Below are positions 1 through 10,247 of a stretch of 64,000 bases of DNA, piece by piece. The stretch covers positions 640,001 through 704,000 of the forward strand of contig OZ244197.1 in the NCBI GenBank assembly GCA_965216785.1. Reading direction: 5' to 3'. The DNA comes from Thermodesulfobacteriota bacterium (lineage in GTDB: Bacteria; Desulfobacterota_D; UBA1144; Nemesobacterales; UBA2774). Within the stretch, counting starts at the first letter, position 1; each line of letters opens with the position of its first letter. The notes beneath the pieces were generated by a model that searched no databases, was not told the origin of the DNA, and saw only the letters and a list, made by a program, of their open reading frames with translations. The translations under genes and the position numbers were made by a program.

Positions 1-17
1 GGGGGTTCTTGGTAGAG

Positions 18-638
18 CTACTCGTCCAAGAGCTCAGTGATTTTATTATCTATTGCGTGATAAGCCCGGTCAGCATCTTGATTATCCGAACTTTTATAGA
101 ACTCTCCCCCATCGTGGACTAAGCGTATGACCCCCTTTTTATCTATTAAAAAAGTGGATGAAGTATAGGAGCGTTTCTTTCCACCCAGCCAGTATTCGTT
201 AATAACCCTCCAGTCGCTATCCTGTGCTATGGGGAAATCATAACCGAACTGATTTGCTACATTTAACACAAGCTTTTCATCCATTGTTCTTTCTGATTTA
301 GGGTGATGTACGCCGATTACTCTAAGCCCCTTGTCTTTGTACTTTGTGTTTAATTCCACAAGCGAGGGCGCAGTGTTTTCACAAAAAGGGCACCCTACGA
401 GCCAGAAACGTATAAGAACAACTTCCCCTTTCAGATCCCCGATTTGAATTGGCTCTGAGTTTAACCAATTGAGTCCTGAAAGCCCGGGCGCTCTGGTGCC
501 AATAAGCTCAAGACCTTCCTTTGGCCGCCATTCAACTTCTTCTGATCTTGCGCTTTCAGTCACAAATATTGCGAAGAGAAATATAAAAAGACTAAATCCG
601 ATAGCTTTCATGAATACCCCTGATGCTTTATTTGCCAT
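18..638 (-). CDS. TlpA/redoxin-family thiol-disulfide oxidoreductase, exported
   Basis: Thioredoxin-fold pattern FWLVGCPFC (CxxC), VIGVH, FLIDKKGVIR; hydrophobic N-terminus; alternative start at 611. Confidence 0.85.
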   Translation of the reverse strand: MANKASGVFMKAIGFSLFIFLFAIFVTESARSEEVEWRPKEGLELIGTRAPGLSGLNWLNSEPIQIGDLKGEVVLIRFWLVGCPFCENTAPSLVELNTKYKDKGLRVIGVHHPKSERTMDEKLVLNVANQFGYDFPIAQDSDWRVINEYWLGGKKRSYTSSTFLIDKKGVIRLVHDGGEFYKSSDNQDADRAYHAIDNKITELLDE

Positions 639-787
639 TATAAATTATACATATAATGGGCATCTGAACGCTTAGAGTTTATTATGCCAGAATCACTGTT
701 GAATTACATAAGTTATAGACTTACAATTACATTATAGATGTGCCCTTTCCCTCTATCTATGATTCAAGGGTGAGTAGAGTTAAAAAA

Positions 788-3700
788 ATGAATGACCAAT
801 CTAAGACAAAAAAAGAACTGATCCTCGAGCTGGAGGAGCTGAGAAGAGCTTGTACAACTAAAGGGAATGAATGCAAACCTGATCCAGCCGCTTCCGAGTT
901 ATCTGAGGAAGAGAATTTCTACAAGGATTTTTATGAATTCAGCCCGCTCATGTACTTCACAGTGGACCATGAAGGCACCATTCTGACGGTAAATCCTACA
1001 GGTGCTGATAACCTGGGATATGATAGAGAAGAACTGGAGGGTGAAACGGTTTTAAAGGTGTTCTATGAAAATGACAAAGATATGGCTTTATCTCGGGTCA
1101 AAAAGTGTTTCAAAAACCCCTGCAGGGTCTACGATTGGGAACTCCGTAAGGTTAAAAAAGACGGGACTGTCATATGGGTGAAGGAAACGGCAAGAGCGGT
1201 TAAAGACTCAAACAATAGAGCACTTACGACGATTGTATGCGAAGACATAACGGAGCGCAAGCAGGCTGAGCTGCTATTGGCTACTGAGAAAAAGGTATTC
1301 GAGCTGATAGCTCGAAACGCGCCGCAGGATGAAATCTTAAATACCTTATGTCTGGACATTGAAAATCAATCAAACGGTATGCTGTGCTCCTTTCTGCTGC
1401 TTGAGGAAAATGGCAGAAACTTAAAACACGGAGCAGCGCCGAGTTTGCCCAAGGGCTATATAAAGGCTACGGACGGTGTTGAAATCGGTCCAGTGGTCGG
1501 AAGCTGCGGCACAGCGGCTTACCTGAAAAAACCCGTGGTCGTATCGGACATAGAAACAGATCCGCTCTGGCAGTACTATAAGGACATTGCTCTAAAATAC
1601 GGACTGAAATCGTGCTGGTCTACCCCGATTGTCTCATCCGACAAAAAGGTGCTTGGAACGTTTGCGATGTACTATAAGGAGACCCGCTCTCCAAACCTAC
1701 ATGAAAGAAAGATCATAGAAACGACAACATTTTTGGCCAAACTTGCAATTGAGAAACTGCGCTCGCGCGAGCTGGCTTCTCAACTTGGAGAGATTTTAGA
1801 GGAGTCCTTAAGTGAAATTTATATATTCGACGCGGAGACCAAAAAATTTATACAGGTGAATAAAGGAGCAAGAAAAAACCTCGGATACTCGCACAAAGAG
1901 ATACTGAATCTTACTCCGCTGGACCTGAAAACAGATTTGAGCGAAAAGGAATTCAACAAACTTCTCAGTCCTCTTCTAAAGGGCAATAAGAAAGAAATAT
2001 GGTTTAAAACCCAACACGAGCGCAAGGACGGATCGAAATACCCTGTGGAAGTTCACCTTCAAATATCGGATTTTAAAGGTAAGAAGGTGTTTATCGCTAA
2101 TATACTCGATATCACCGAGCAGAAAGAGTATGAGCAAGAATTAGAAAAGAATTTGGAGCAATTATCGAAAAAGAACAGATACGAAGAGACAATCAGCACG
2201 GTAACAAGAAGTGTTCACAGCTCAATTGATTTACAAGATGTTGTGGAAAATGCCGTAGAGACTATGAATAAGAATATTGATGGGGCAGATAATGTATCTA
2301 TCTACTTCATTGAGGGAGACGATGCGGTAATAAAAGCCTGGCTCGGTTATCCGGACTGGTTTATAAAAGCAGTCGAGAGAATTCCTAAACCGAAAGGATT
2401 TACATGGAAAGTGCTCGGAGAGGGCAAACAGATTTATTGTCCGGATGTTGAGAAGGACAATGTGATCGGCAAATCGGGCAAGAAGGTAGGGACTAAGAGC
2501 TATGCCTCGATGCCGATTAAACACGGAGACGAAACTATCGGATGTATAAACATTAACTCCTTTACAAAAAACGCGTTTGACGAGGAAGACTTAAAGCTCC
2601 TGGATATAATTGCAAACCAGATTGCCATAGCGATTGACAACGCCAGGCAGACTAACGCTCTTAGGGAATCGGAGCAGAGATATAGGACGTTATACGACCA
2701 ATCGCCGGTCGGTGTATACATGTTTAACGAGGATTTGATAATTACTAATACCAACGATCGTCACGCAGAGATACTAAAAGCTTCACGGGAGCAAATAGTA
2801 GGAACGGAGCTAAGAAGAATTAATGATCAGACATTTATTCCGCTCCATGAGCAAGCGCTAAAGGGTAAAAGCGGGAGCCAGGAAGGTTTTTACAAGGCTA
2901 CATGTAACTCGACAGAGCTGTGGCTATTTATATCTATTGCACCTCTTAGGGACGGGGCCGGAAAGATAGTAGGCGGTATGTCCGTTGTGGAGGATATTAC
3001 GGAGCGTAAGAAAGCGGAAATAGCTCTTAGACAGTCCGAAGAAGATTATGAATCATTGGTAAATACAGTCGAGGGTATAGTCTGGGAAGCTGATCCGGAA
3101 ACATTATCGTTCACTTTTATAAGCAAACAAGCCGAACGTATGCTCGGTTATCCACTCAAGGATTGGACTAAAGACTGTGAGTTTTGGCTTAACAAGATTC
3201 ATCCAGAAGACAGAGACTGGGTTCCGGAGCATTGTATAAAAGCAACCCAAGAAAAGCGGGATCATATGCTTGAGTACAGAATGGTAGCGGCTGATGGCCG
3301 GACGGTTTGGCTGCGAGACATTGTTACGGTGGTAGTTGAACAGGGCGAAGTCACCGGGCTCAGGGGTCTTATGGTCGATATCACTGACCTTAAGAAAGCA
3401 GGGGATTTATTGAAAGAAAGCGCGGAAAAATACAGGGCACTTGTCGAGAATGTACACGACGTTATTGTGGAATCGAGCTTTGACGGAAAATTCTTATATG
3501 TCAGTCCTAACTCTATACAAGCGGCTGGGTTTGAGCCAGAAGAGCTTTTGGGTGAAAGCATTTTCAAGTATATCCACCAAGATGATAAAGGGCACGCGTT
3601 AAAGGAATTCGCCAGAATGATAATGGAGCAGACCTCGGGTAAGGCCGTTTTCAGGTTTCAGCATAAGAACGGAAACTGGATATGGTTCGATAGTACAGGG

Positions 3701-4912
3701 AATACTTACCAGACCGCAGACGGGGATGTAAGGTGCGTTATTGTCAGCCGTGATATCACAGAGCGTAAGAAGCTTGAGGAAGAGCTGTTCAAAAAACAAA
3801 ACCTGGAATCGCTTGGTATACTCGCGGGCGGAATCGCGCATGACTTTAACAACTTATTAACATCTATACTTGGTAATATCTCCATATCAAAAATGCAATT
3901 AAACAACGACCATAAAATACACCGAAGACTTATTGAAGCAGAAAACGCTTCACTAAGAGCAAAAGATTTAACTTCTCAGTTATTGACATTCTCAAAGGGC
4001 GGAGCTCCGGTAAAGGAGTATGTGCAATCTCTTGGGGATTTGATAAAAGATACAGCGAGTTTTGCGGTAAGCGGATCTAATATCAAATGTGAATTCGATT
4101 TTGAAGACAAAGTTTGGCCGGCAGAAATAGATGAGGGACAGATAAGCCAAGTCATTCACAACCTCGTCATAAACGCTGACCAGGCAATGCCTGAAGGGGG
4201 GGAAATAAAAGTAAAACTCCACAACTCATTTATTGACAGCTCGAACGGTTTTGATGCTGAACAGAGTAATTATATAAAGATTACTATTGAAGATAACGGC
4301 ATAGGTATGACAGAAGAGCTGAAGAAAAAAATCTTTGATCCATATTTTACCACAAAGCAAAAGGGAAGCGGATTGGGCCTGTCAACGGTTTACTCGATCG
4401 TAAAAAACCATGACGGTCACATTAATGTGAATTCCGAAATTGGAGAGGGGACGGAGTTCGAGGTGTACATTCCGGCAGCCGAAGAGGTGGTCAGCACCAA
4501 TGAGACTGTGCCGAATGTGCCCAAAGGTGAAGGAAAGATATTGGTAATGGACGATGAAGAGACGGTCAGAAAAATAGCGGGAGAAATGATTAAGCATCTG
4601 GGCTATACGGTCGAGTATGCAGTCGATGGAAATGAAGCGATTGAGAAATACATCTCTGCCAAAGAGGCCGGCTGCCCGTTTGACGTTGTGATGATCGACT
4701 TAACCGTACCGGGCGGGATGGGTGGTAAGGAAGCTAACCAGAGACTCCTTGATATTGACCCTCAGGTAAGGAGCATAGTATCAAGCGGATACTTTAACGA
4801 TCCTGTTATGTCAGAACATAATAAATACGGATTTAAGGGTGTGATCACAAAACCCTACAAAATTGACGAACTGAGCAGAGCCATCCACAGCGTTTTAAAC
4901 ACTAATCAGTGA
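788..4912 (+). CDS. Cytoplasmic hybrid sensor histidine kinase (about 5 PAS + 2 GAF, HisKA, HATPase, REC)
   Basis: Repeated DITERK/DITEQK/DITDLK PAS ends; GAF GSCGTAAY; H-box LAGGIAHDFNNLL; N/G boxes NLVINADQAM, DNGIGM, FDPYFTTK, GSGLGL; receiver ILVMDDE...DL...KPY. Start moved from 740 to ATG 788. Confidence 0.93.
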   Translation: MNDQSKTKKELILELEELRRACTTKGNECKPDPAASELSEEENFYKDFYEFSPLMYFTVDHEGTILTVNPTGADNLGYDREELEGETVLKVFYENDKDMALSRVKKCFKNPCRVYDWELRKVKKDGTVIWVKETARAVKDSNNRALTTIVCEDITERKQAELLLATEKKVFELIARNAPQDEILNTLCLDIENQSNGMLCSFLLLEENGRNLKHGAAPSLPKGYIKATDGVEIGPVVGSCGTAAYLKKPVVVSDIETDPLWQYYKDIALKYGLKSCWSTPIVSSDKKVLGTFAMYYKETRSPNLHERKIIETTTFLAKLAIEKLRSRELASQLGEILEESLSEIYIFDAETKKFIQVNKGARKNLGYSHKEILNLTPLDLKTDLSEKEFNKLLSPLLKGNKKEIWFKTQHERKDGSKYPVEVHLQISDFKGKKVFIANILDITEQKEYEQELEKNLEQLSKKNRYEETISTVTRSVHSSIDLQDVVENAVETMNKNIDGADNVSIYFIEGDDAVIKAWLGYPDWFIKAVERIPKPKGFTWKVLGEGKQIYCPDVEKDNVIGKSGKKVGTKSYASMPIKHGDETIGCININSFTKNAFDEEDLKLLDIIANQIAIAIDNARQTNALRESEQRYRTLYDQSPVGVYMFNEDLIITNTNDRHAEILKASREQIVGTELRRINDQTFIPLHEQALKGKSGSQEGFYKATCNSTELWLFISIAPLRDGAGKIVGGMSVVEDITERKKAEIALRQSEEDYESLVNTVEGIVWEADPETLSFTFISKQAERMLGYPLKDWTKDCEFWLNKIHPEDRDWVPEHCIKATQEKRDHMLEYRMVAADGRTVWLRDIVTVVVEQGEVTGLRGLMVDITDLKKAGDLLKESAEKYRALVENVHDVIVESSFDGKFLYVSPNSIQAAGFEPEELLGESIFKYIHQDDKGHALKEFARMIMEQTSGKAVFRFQHKNGNWIWFDSTGNTYQTADGDVRCVIVSRDITERKKLEEELFKKQNLESLGILAGGIAHDFNNLLTSILGNISISKMQLNNDHKIHRRLIEAENASLRAKDLTSQLLTFSKGGAPVKEYVQSLGDLIKDTASFAVSGSNIKCEFDFEDKVWPAEIDEGQISQVIHNLVINADQAMPEGGEIKVKLHNSFIDSSNGFDAEQSNYIKITIEDNGIGMTEELKKKIFDPYFTTKQKGSGLGLSTVYSIVKNHDGHINVNSEIGEGTEFEVYIPAAEEVVSTNETVPNVPKGEGKILVMDDEETVRKIAGEMIKHLGYTVEYAVDGNEAIEKYISAKEAGCPFDVVMIDLTVPGGMGGKEANQRLLDIDPQVRSIVSSGYFNDPVMSEHNKYGFKGVITKPYKIDELSRAIHSVLNTNQ

Positions 4913-5045
4913 AAGTACCTGCGCATTTATTAATAAGCTGTATATATTGAACCCCTTCCCATAAAATCAGTTAGTTGAATATACGTTCTTTTTCTTTATA
5001 ATACCTAATCTTCAGCGATGTAATTCTCAAGCTCAAGTCAACCAC

Positions 5046-6839
5046 ATGGAACCCAAATACATAAGGAATTTTTCAATTATAGCCCATGTAGATCATGGGA
5101 AATCTACGCTCGCGGACAGGATTATGGAATTTACCGGAGCGCTCTCGGCTCGTGATATGACCGAGCAGTTCCTGGACAAGATGGAGATAGAAAGAGAGCG
5201 CGGGATAACAATAAAAGCTCAAGCTGTAAGGATTGACTATAAGGCTGATGACGGAATCACATATGAATTTAACCTGATCGACACCCCGGGGCACGTGGAT
5301 TTCAGTTACGAAGTCTCCAGAAGCCTGATGGCCTGTGAGGGGGCGCTGCTCGTAGTAGACGCCTCGCAGGGTGTAGAGGCACAAACAGTGGCCAATGCGT
5401 ATATGGCAACGGACTCAGGACTCGAGCTAATACCGGTAATCAACAAGATAGACTTACCCGCTGCGGATGTAGAAAGGGTGAAGGAAGAAATCGAAGACGT
5501 AATCGGAATAAGCGCAGAAGACGCGATACCCGCAAGCGCCAAAAAGGGAATCGGAACAAAAGAAATACTTGAAGAGATTGTAGCTACGCTCTCACCCCCT
5601 GAAGATAAATCCAAAGAGCCTCTTAAAGCCCTGATATTCGACAGCTGGTTTGATTCCTATCAGGGAGTCGTGATGCTGATCAGAGTGTTTGAGGGGAAAA
5701 TAGAGACAGGTTCACAAATTAAACTTATGTCTACCGGGAAAGATTATGAGGTAAGAAAGCTCGGCGTATTTTCGCCGGCCGCTCTTGAAGTCGATGTCCT
5801 CTCCACTGGCGAGGTTGGGTTTGTTACGGCGTCTATTAAGGAAATCAGCGAAGCAAACGTGGGAGACACGATCACGGACGCAGAAAAACCTACGGACAGT
5901 CCTGTTGCCGGGTTCCGGGTTATGAAACCCATGGTGTTTAGCGGGCTCTATCCGATAGACCCCGGGGATTACGATAAACTGAGAGAGGCACTCGAAAAGC
6001 TGGGGCTAAACGATTCATCGCTTGTCTATGAGCCTGAGACATCGGTTGCCCTGGGTTTTGGATTCCGCTGCGGTTTCCTGGGGCTTCTGCATATGGAGAT
6101 AGTAAGGGAGAGACTCGAAAGAGAGTTTGAGCTCGAGCTTATTACGACAGCACCGACAGTGGTGTATAAGGCGACCGATAAAAAGGGTAATGTGCGTTAT
6201 GTGGATAACCCGAGCGAGCTTCCGACTCCGGATCAGATCGAGCATATAGAGGAACCATACGTCGTAGTCTCAATACATACGCCGGGCACGTATCTGGGAC
6301 CTATATTTGATCTATGTATAAAAAAACGGGGTACTCAGAAAGACGTTAAATACATTACCCAGGACAGGGTGATTGTGGAGTACGAGATACCGCTCGCTGA
6401 AATAGTGTTTGATTTCTACGACAAGCTAAAATCCGTATCGCGGGGCTACGCATCGATGGATTATGAGCCTGCCGGTTATAAGGGATCTGAGCTGATTAAG
6501 ATGGACGTGCTGGTAAACAGCGATCCTGTGGACGCTCTGTCCATAATAGTCCACAAGGACAAGTCGTATGAGAGGGGGAGGGAGCTTATATCAAAACTCC
6601 GATCGCTGATACCAAGACAGCTGTATGAAGTTGTGATACAGGCTTCGATAGGAAATAAGATTATAGCGCGTGAATCTGTCAAGCCCGTAAGAAAAGATGT
6701 TACAGCCAAATGCTACGGGGGTGACGTGACCAGGAAAAGAAAACTCCTCGAGAAGCAAAAAGAAGGGAAAAAACGTCTTAAACAGGTCGGCAACATTGAG
6801 ATTCCTCAGGAAGCGTTCCTGGCAGTACTAAAGACTTAG
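5046..6839 (+). CDS. lepA: Translation elongation factor 4 (LepA)
   Basis: [57 protein letters not shown]. Confidence 0.98.
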   Translation: MEPKYIRNFSIIAHVDHGKSTLADRIMEFTGALSARDMTEQFLDKMEIERERGITIKAQAVRIDYKADDGITYEFNLIDTPGHVDFSYEVSRSLMACEGALLVVDASQGVEAQTVANAYMATDSGLELIPVINKIDLPAADVERVKEEIEDVIGISAEDAIPASAKKGIGTKEILEEIVATLSPPEDKSKEPLKALIFDSWFDSYQGVVMLIRVFEGKIETGSQIKLMSTGKDYEVRKLGVFSPAALEVDVLSTGEVGFVTASIKEISEANVGDTITDAEKPTDSPVAGFRVMKPMVFSGLYPIDPGDYDKLREALEKLGLNDSSLVYEPETSVALGFGFRCGFLGLLHMEIVRERLEREFELELITTAPTVVYKATDKKGNVRYVDNPSELPTPDQIEHIEEPYVVVSIHTPGTYLGPIFDLCIKKRGTQKDVKYITQDRVIVEYEIPLAEIVFDFYDKLKSVSRGYASMDYEPAGYKGSELIKMDVLVNSDPVDALSIIVHKDKSYERGRELISKLRSLIPRQLYEVVIQASIGNKIIARESVKPVRKDVTAKCYGGDVTRKRKLLEKQKEGKKRLKQVGNIEIPQEAFLAVLKT

Positions 6840-6870
6840 GGCAATTTGGATTCCTGGAGAATATAGCGCC

Positions 6871-8565
6871 TTATTTATTACTCACTGACATCATCATCTC
6901 TGTGATCGCGTATGTTGCGCCGCTTACGGCATCAGGGTCCGTGAGTACGTTTATGAGAGAGGGGACTCCGGAGGAAAGGGCCCTCTGTATTGCGCCGTTT
7001 AATTCCCGCGGGTCTTCGACAAGCTCACCGTAGCCGCCCATAACTTTTACCAATTCGTGAAACGGCGTGTCTGCGAGGTTTACGCCGACCTTCGGGCGCT
7101 TTTTACCGTATGTTATCTCTAGTTGATGCTTGGTCATTCCCCAGGCTTTATCGTTACAAACAACAGTAACAAAGGGAATCTTATGCCGGACGGCAGTCTC
7201 AAACTCCATAAAATTCATTCCTACCGCTCCGTCTCCCGTAATAAGTACGACATCCTTTTCGGGGCATGCCGTTTTGGCACCTATAGCAAAAGGCACGCCC
7301 ACGCCCATACAGCCGAGCAGACCGCCCTTTACATAGTGACCCGGATGCTTGACCCTGTAGTTACTGTCGGTCCATGCCTGGCAGTCACCGCCGTCAACAA
7401 CTAATATCGAATCTCCGGATGTTACGTCTTCTATTGCTTTAGAAACCCTTACGGGATGAATGGGAGTTTTGTTCGAGCTTCTTATTTTATCCCCTGCCTT
7501 CTGCTCCTTATTCTTTGAGGAAAGCGCCTTTTTATACCATTTACTAAAATCCAGTTTCACTCTTTTTCGTTTTAAGTAATCGGTAATTGCATCAAGTGTG
7601 CGTGAAACATCTCCCGCAATCCCTACGTCCGCCGCTCTGTTCCTTCCAAGCTCGTCGTGGTCTATGTCGACCTGTATCACTTTTGCCTTGGGATTTAACG
7701 TTTTGCCAAATCCTATATAGAGACTGAGCCTTATGCCTAGGAGCAGTATGAGGTCGGCCTCAGCCGTGAGCTTCTTGAACGCGTTTGGGGCTGAAGGCCC
7801 TGCGGCTCCAAAGCACAGCGGATGGTCGTCCGATACGATTCCTCTGCCGAAATTTAAGGTATAGAGAGGTATTCCTGTCTTCTCAATAAAGTTTTTAAGC
7901 GTTTTATCTGCGCCCGAGTACCAGGAGCCGCTGCCAGCGATTGCAATGGGCTTCTTTGCCTCCTTAAGTAATTTAACTGCTGACGCTACAGAATCTTCAT
8001 TTGGTTTCATAGCATGCATCGGAACAGCCGTATCATAGGAAGCGACGTCCTTTTCATCGCATTTGGGATACAAGACCTCGTAGGACATTCCTAAATATAC
8101 GGGTCCAGGTCTCCCAGAGAGCGCTCTCTTGTATGCCGAAGAAACGTACTCTGGTATCCGAAGAGGGTCGTGAACCGTTCTGGCCCATTTAGTAACGCTT
8201 GCGGCCATAGCCTGCTGGTCTATCTCCTGAAGAGATAGCCTGTCGTTTTCCTCGACTCCCGAGCGGCCTGAAATAATCATGAAGGGAGCGTTTGATAAAT
8301 AGGCCCCCGCAATACCGGTGATAGCGTTAGTGAAACCGGGCCCTGCCGTGACCAGACAGACGCCGGGCTTTCGCTTAAGCCTGCCGTAGGCATCAGCCGC
8401 CATCGCGGCCCCCTGTTCGTGGTGGGTATCGATAATTCTGATACCAAAGTCTATACAGGCGTTATAGATAGGATTGATGTGGCCTCCGCCAAGTGAGAAT
8501 ATGTCCCTGACACCGAGCTCGTGGAGAGTCCTTGCAACCAGCCTCCCGCCTTCTACCTTGGCCAT
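6871..8565 (-). CDS. ThDP-dependent enzyme, ILVBL/2-hydroxyacyl-CoA lyase/acetolactate-synthase-like
   Basis: GGGHINPI, HEQGAAMAADAY, TAGPGFTN; ThDP motif GDGA...NDKAWGM. Confidence 0.88.
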   Translation of the reverse strand: MAKVEGGRLVARTLHELGVRDIFSLGGGHINPIYNACIDFGIRIIDTHHEQGAAMAADAYGRLKRKPGVCLVTAGPGFTNAITGIAGAYLSNAPFMIISGRSGVEENDRLSLQEIDQQAMAASVTKWARTVHDPLRIPEYVSSAYKRALSGRPGPVYLGMSYEVLYPKCDEKDVASYDTAVPMHAMKPNEDSVASAVKLLKEAKKPIAIAGSGSWYSGADKTLKNFIEKTGIPLYTLNFGRGIVSDDHPLCFGAAGPSAPNAFKKLTAEADLILLLGIRLSLYIGFGKTLNPKAKVIQVDIDHDELGRNRAADVGIAGDVSRTLDAITDYLKRKRVKLDFSKWYKKALSSKNKEQKAGDKIRSSNKTPIHPVRVSKAIEDVTSGDSILVVDGGDCQAWTDSNYRVKHPGHYVKGGLLGCMGVGVPFAIGAKTACPEKDVVLITGDGAVGMNFMEFETAVRHKIPFVTVVCNDKAWGMTKHQLEITYGKKRPKVGVNLADTPFHELVKVMGGYGELVEDPRELNGAIQRALSSGVPSLINVLTDPDAVSGATYAITEMMMSVSNK

Positions 8566-8699
8566 AGCCTGATCTCCTTTATATGCATAACCCTATTACT
8601 GTTACACTTTTCAAATCTCAAATCAACTGAATTGATTGAATCGGCATTAAATTCATTATATGTTAGAATTAGTTTTCAAATTCAAGGGAGGTAAGCAAA

Positions 8700-9110
8700 A
8701 TGTCGGAAGAAGATCAGAACCAGGAAGAGCAAGGTGAAGGCGGCGCTCAGCCTGAGCTTGGGAATATAGCGAACTCAATATTGATGGCGTTTAATCTGGG
8801 AGTGAATTTTAACCAGCAGGTAAAGGGGGCAAAGAGCCTGCCCGAGGTAGTCGGAGAGCTTGGAAATACGATATATACGAATCTAGCCCAGGCCTACGGG
8901 ACTCAGTTTCAGGAGGAGTTCCTCCAGGCCAACACAGAGTACTTTCTTCAGATCGCGATGCTGGGATACATTGTGCCAGGCGTATGCGCTTATGAAGAGG
9001 AGTTTAAGGACAAACTGCTGGCTCTTATTGAGATAAGGGCTACTCAGCAGGCTGAGCAAATGAAGCAGCAGGGCGGACCCGCGGGCGGAAGCAGTATTAT
9101 TACGCCTTAA
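8700..9110 (+). CDS. Hypothetical protein, 136 aa
   Basis: Strong SD GGGAGG upstream; ends 12 nt before the nitrilase gene; no recognisable motif. Confidence 0.75.
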   Translation: MSEEDQNQEEQGEGGAQPELGNIANSILMAFNLGVNFNQQVKGAKSLPEVVGELGNTIYTNLAQAYGTQFQEEFLQANTEYFLQIAMLGYIVPGVCAYEEEFKDKLLALIEIRATQQAEQMKQQGGPAGGSSIITP

Positions 9111-9122
9111 CAAATTAAGATT

Positions 9123-10247
9123 ATGAGCAAAAAAATTCTCGGTGGGAGAGAAGTGGTGAAAGCGGCTGTCGTGCAGGCTTCTCCTGTGTTTATGGACAAG
9201 GAAAAGACGATCACGAAAGCATGTGAGCTTATAGCTGAAGCAGGAAGAAATGGAGCAGAGCTTGTAGCCTTCTCTGAGTCCTTTATTCCCGCTTATCCAG
9301 CATATTACACAGTGGGCTACGAGACCCCACCTCACGAGTGGACAGATTTTATGATCGCTCTTCAGGACAATTCCGTCGTGATTCCGAGCGAAGACACAGA
9401 GATACTGGGTGAGGCGGCAAAGAAAGCGGGAGCATACGTAGTAATCGGCTGTAATGAGCTCGACGACAGGGCCGGCAGTCAGACCGTATTCAACACACTT
9501 TTATTTATCGACAGAAACGGAAGCGTGATGGGGAAACACCGGAAGCTGATGCCGACCTACACCGAGAGAATCTACTGGGGAATGGGAGACGCAAGCGATA
9601 TAAACGTGTTCGAGACCGATATAGGGCGCATAGGCGGGCTTATTTGCTGGGAGAACCACATGCCGCTCATCAGAGCCGCTATGATTAACAGGGGAGAGGA
9701 GTTTCATATTGCGGTATGGCCGGGGAATTGGAAAAGGGGTGAGGACAAGCTGCTCAATGCCGACACGAGTCCCGGGGGGGCAATGTGTAACCTGCAGTCA
9801 CTCATAAAAGTGCACGCTTTTGAAGCAGGCGCTTTTGTCTTAAGCGGATGCGGCTATATGGATGATGACGACTTCCCTGAGAAGTGGCACGGCATTAGAG
9901 ACGGGGACCATATGAATTACGACTGGGCTTCAGGCGGGAGCGCGATTGTAAACCCCGGCGGGAGATACCTTGCTGAGCCGAACTTTGAGAAAGATGCTAT
10001 TTTATACGCCGAGTGTCACGCGAACCAGATTAAAGCGGTTAAAGCGGTATTCGATTCACTCGGTCATTATTCAAGATGGGACGTGGCTCAGCTTGCATTG
10101 AGAAAAAATTCCTGGGAACCTGAGATAGCTCTGAACAATAGTACGACACTTCCTAAAGACGAGCTTGAGAGAATATCAGAGAAGTACGAGATAGATATTG
10201 AGAGCCTTGAGTCACTGATAGACGATCTGAGTAATATCAAGAACTAA
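9123..10247 (+). CDS. Nitrilase (carbon-nitrogen hydrolase, branch 1-like)
   Basis: Triad contexts FSESFIPAYP (E), HRKLMPT (K), ICWEN (C); DSLGHYSRWD; acidic helical C-terminal tail. Confidence 0.9.
   Translation: MSKKILGGREVVKAAVVQASPVFMDKEKTITKACELIAEAGRNGAELVAFSESFIPAYPAYYTVGYETPPHEWTDFMIALQDNSVVIPSEDTEILGEAAKKAGAYVVIGCNELDDRAGSQTVFNTLLFIDRNGSVMGKHRKLMPTYTERIYWGMGDASDINVFETDIGRIGGLICWENHMPLIRAAMINRGEEFHIAVWPGNWKRGEDKLLNADTSPGGAMCNLQSLIKVHAFEAGAFVLSGCGYMDDDDFPEKWHGIRDGDHMNYDWASGGSAIVNPGGRYLAEPNFEKDAILYAECHANQIKAVKAVFDSLGHYSRWDVAQLALRKNSWEPEIALNNSTTLPKDELERISEKYEIDIESLESLIDDLSNIKN

Noticed and set aside
8621-8637. AATCAA-N5-TTGATT as an FNR box
   Set aside because: The half-sites are in the wrong order for TTGAT-N4-ATCAA and the context is AT-rich.
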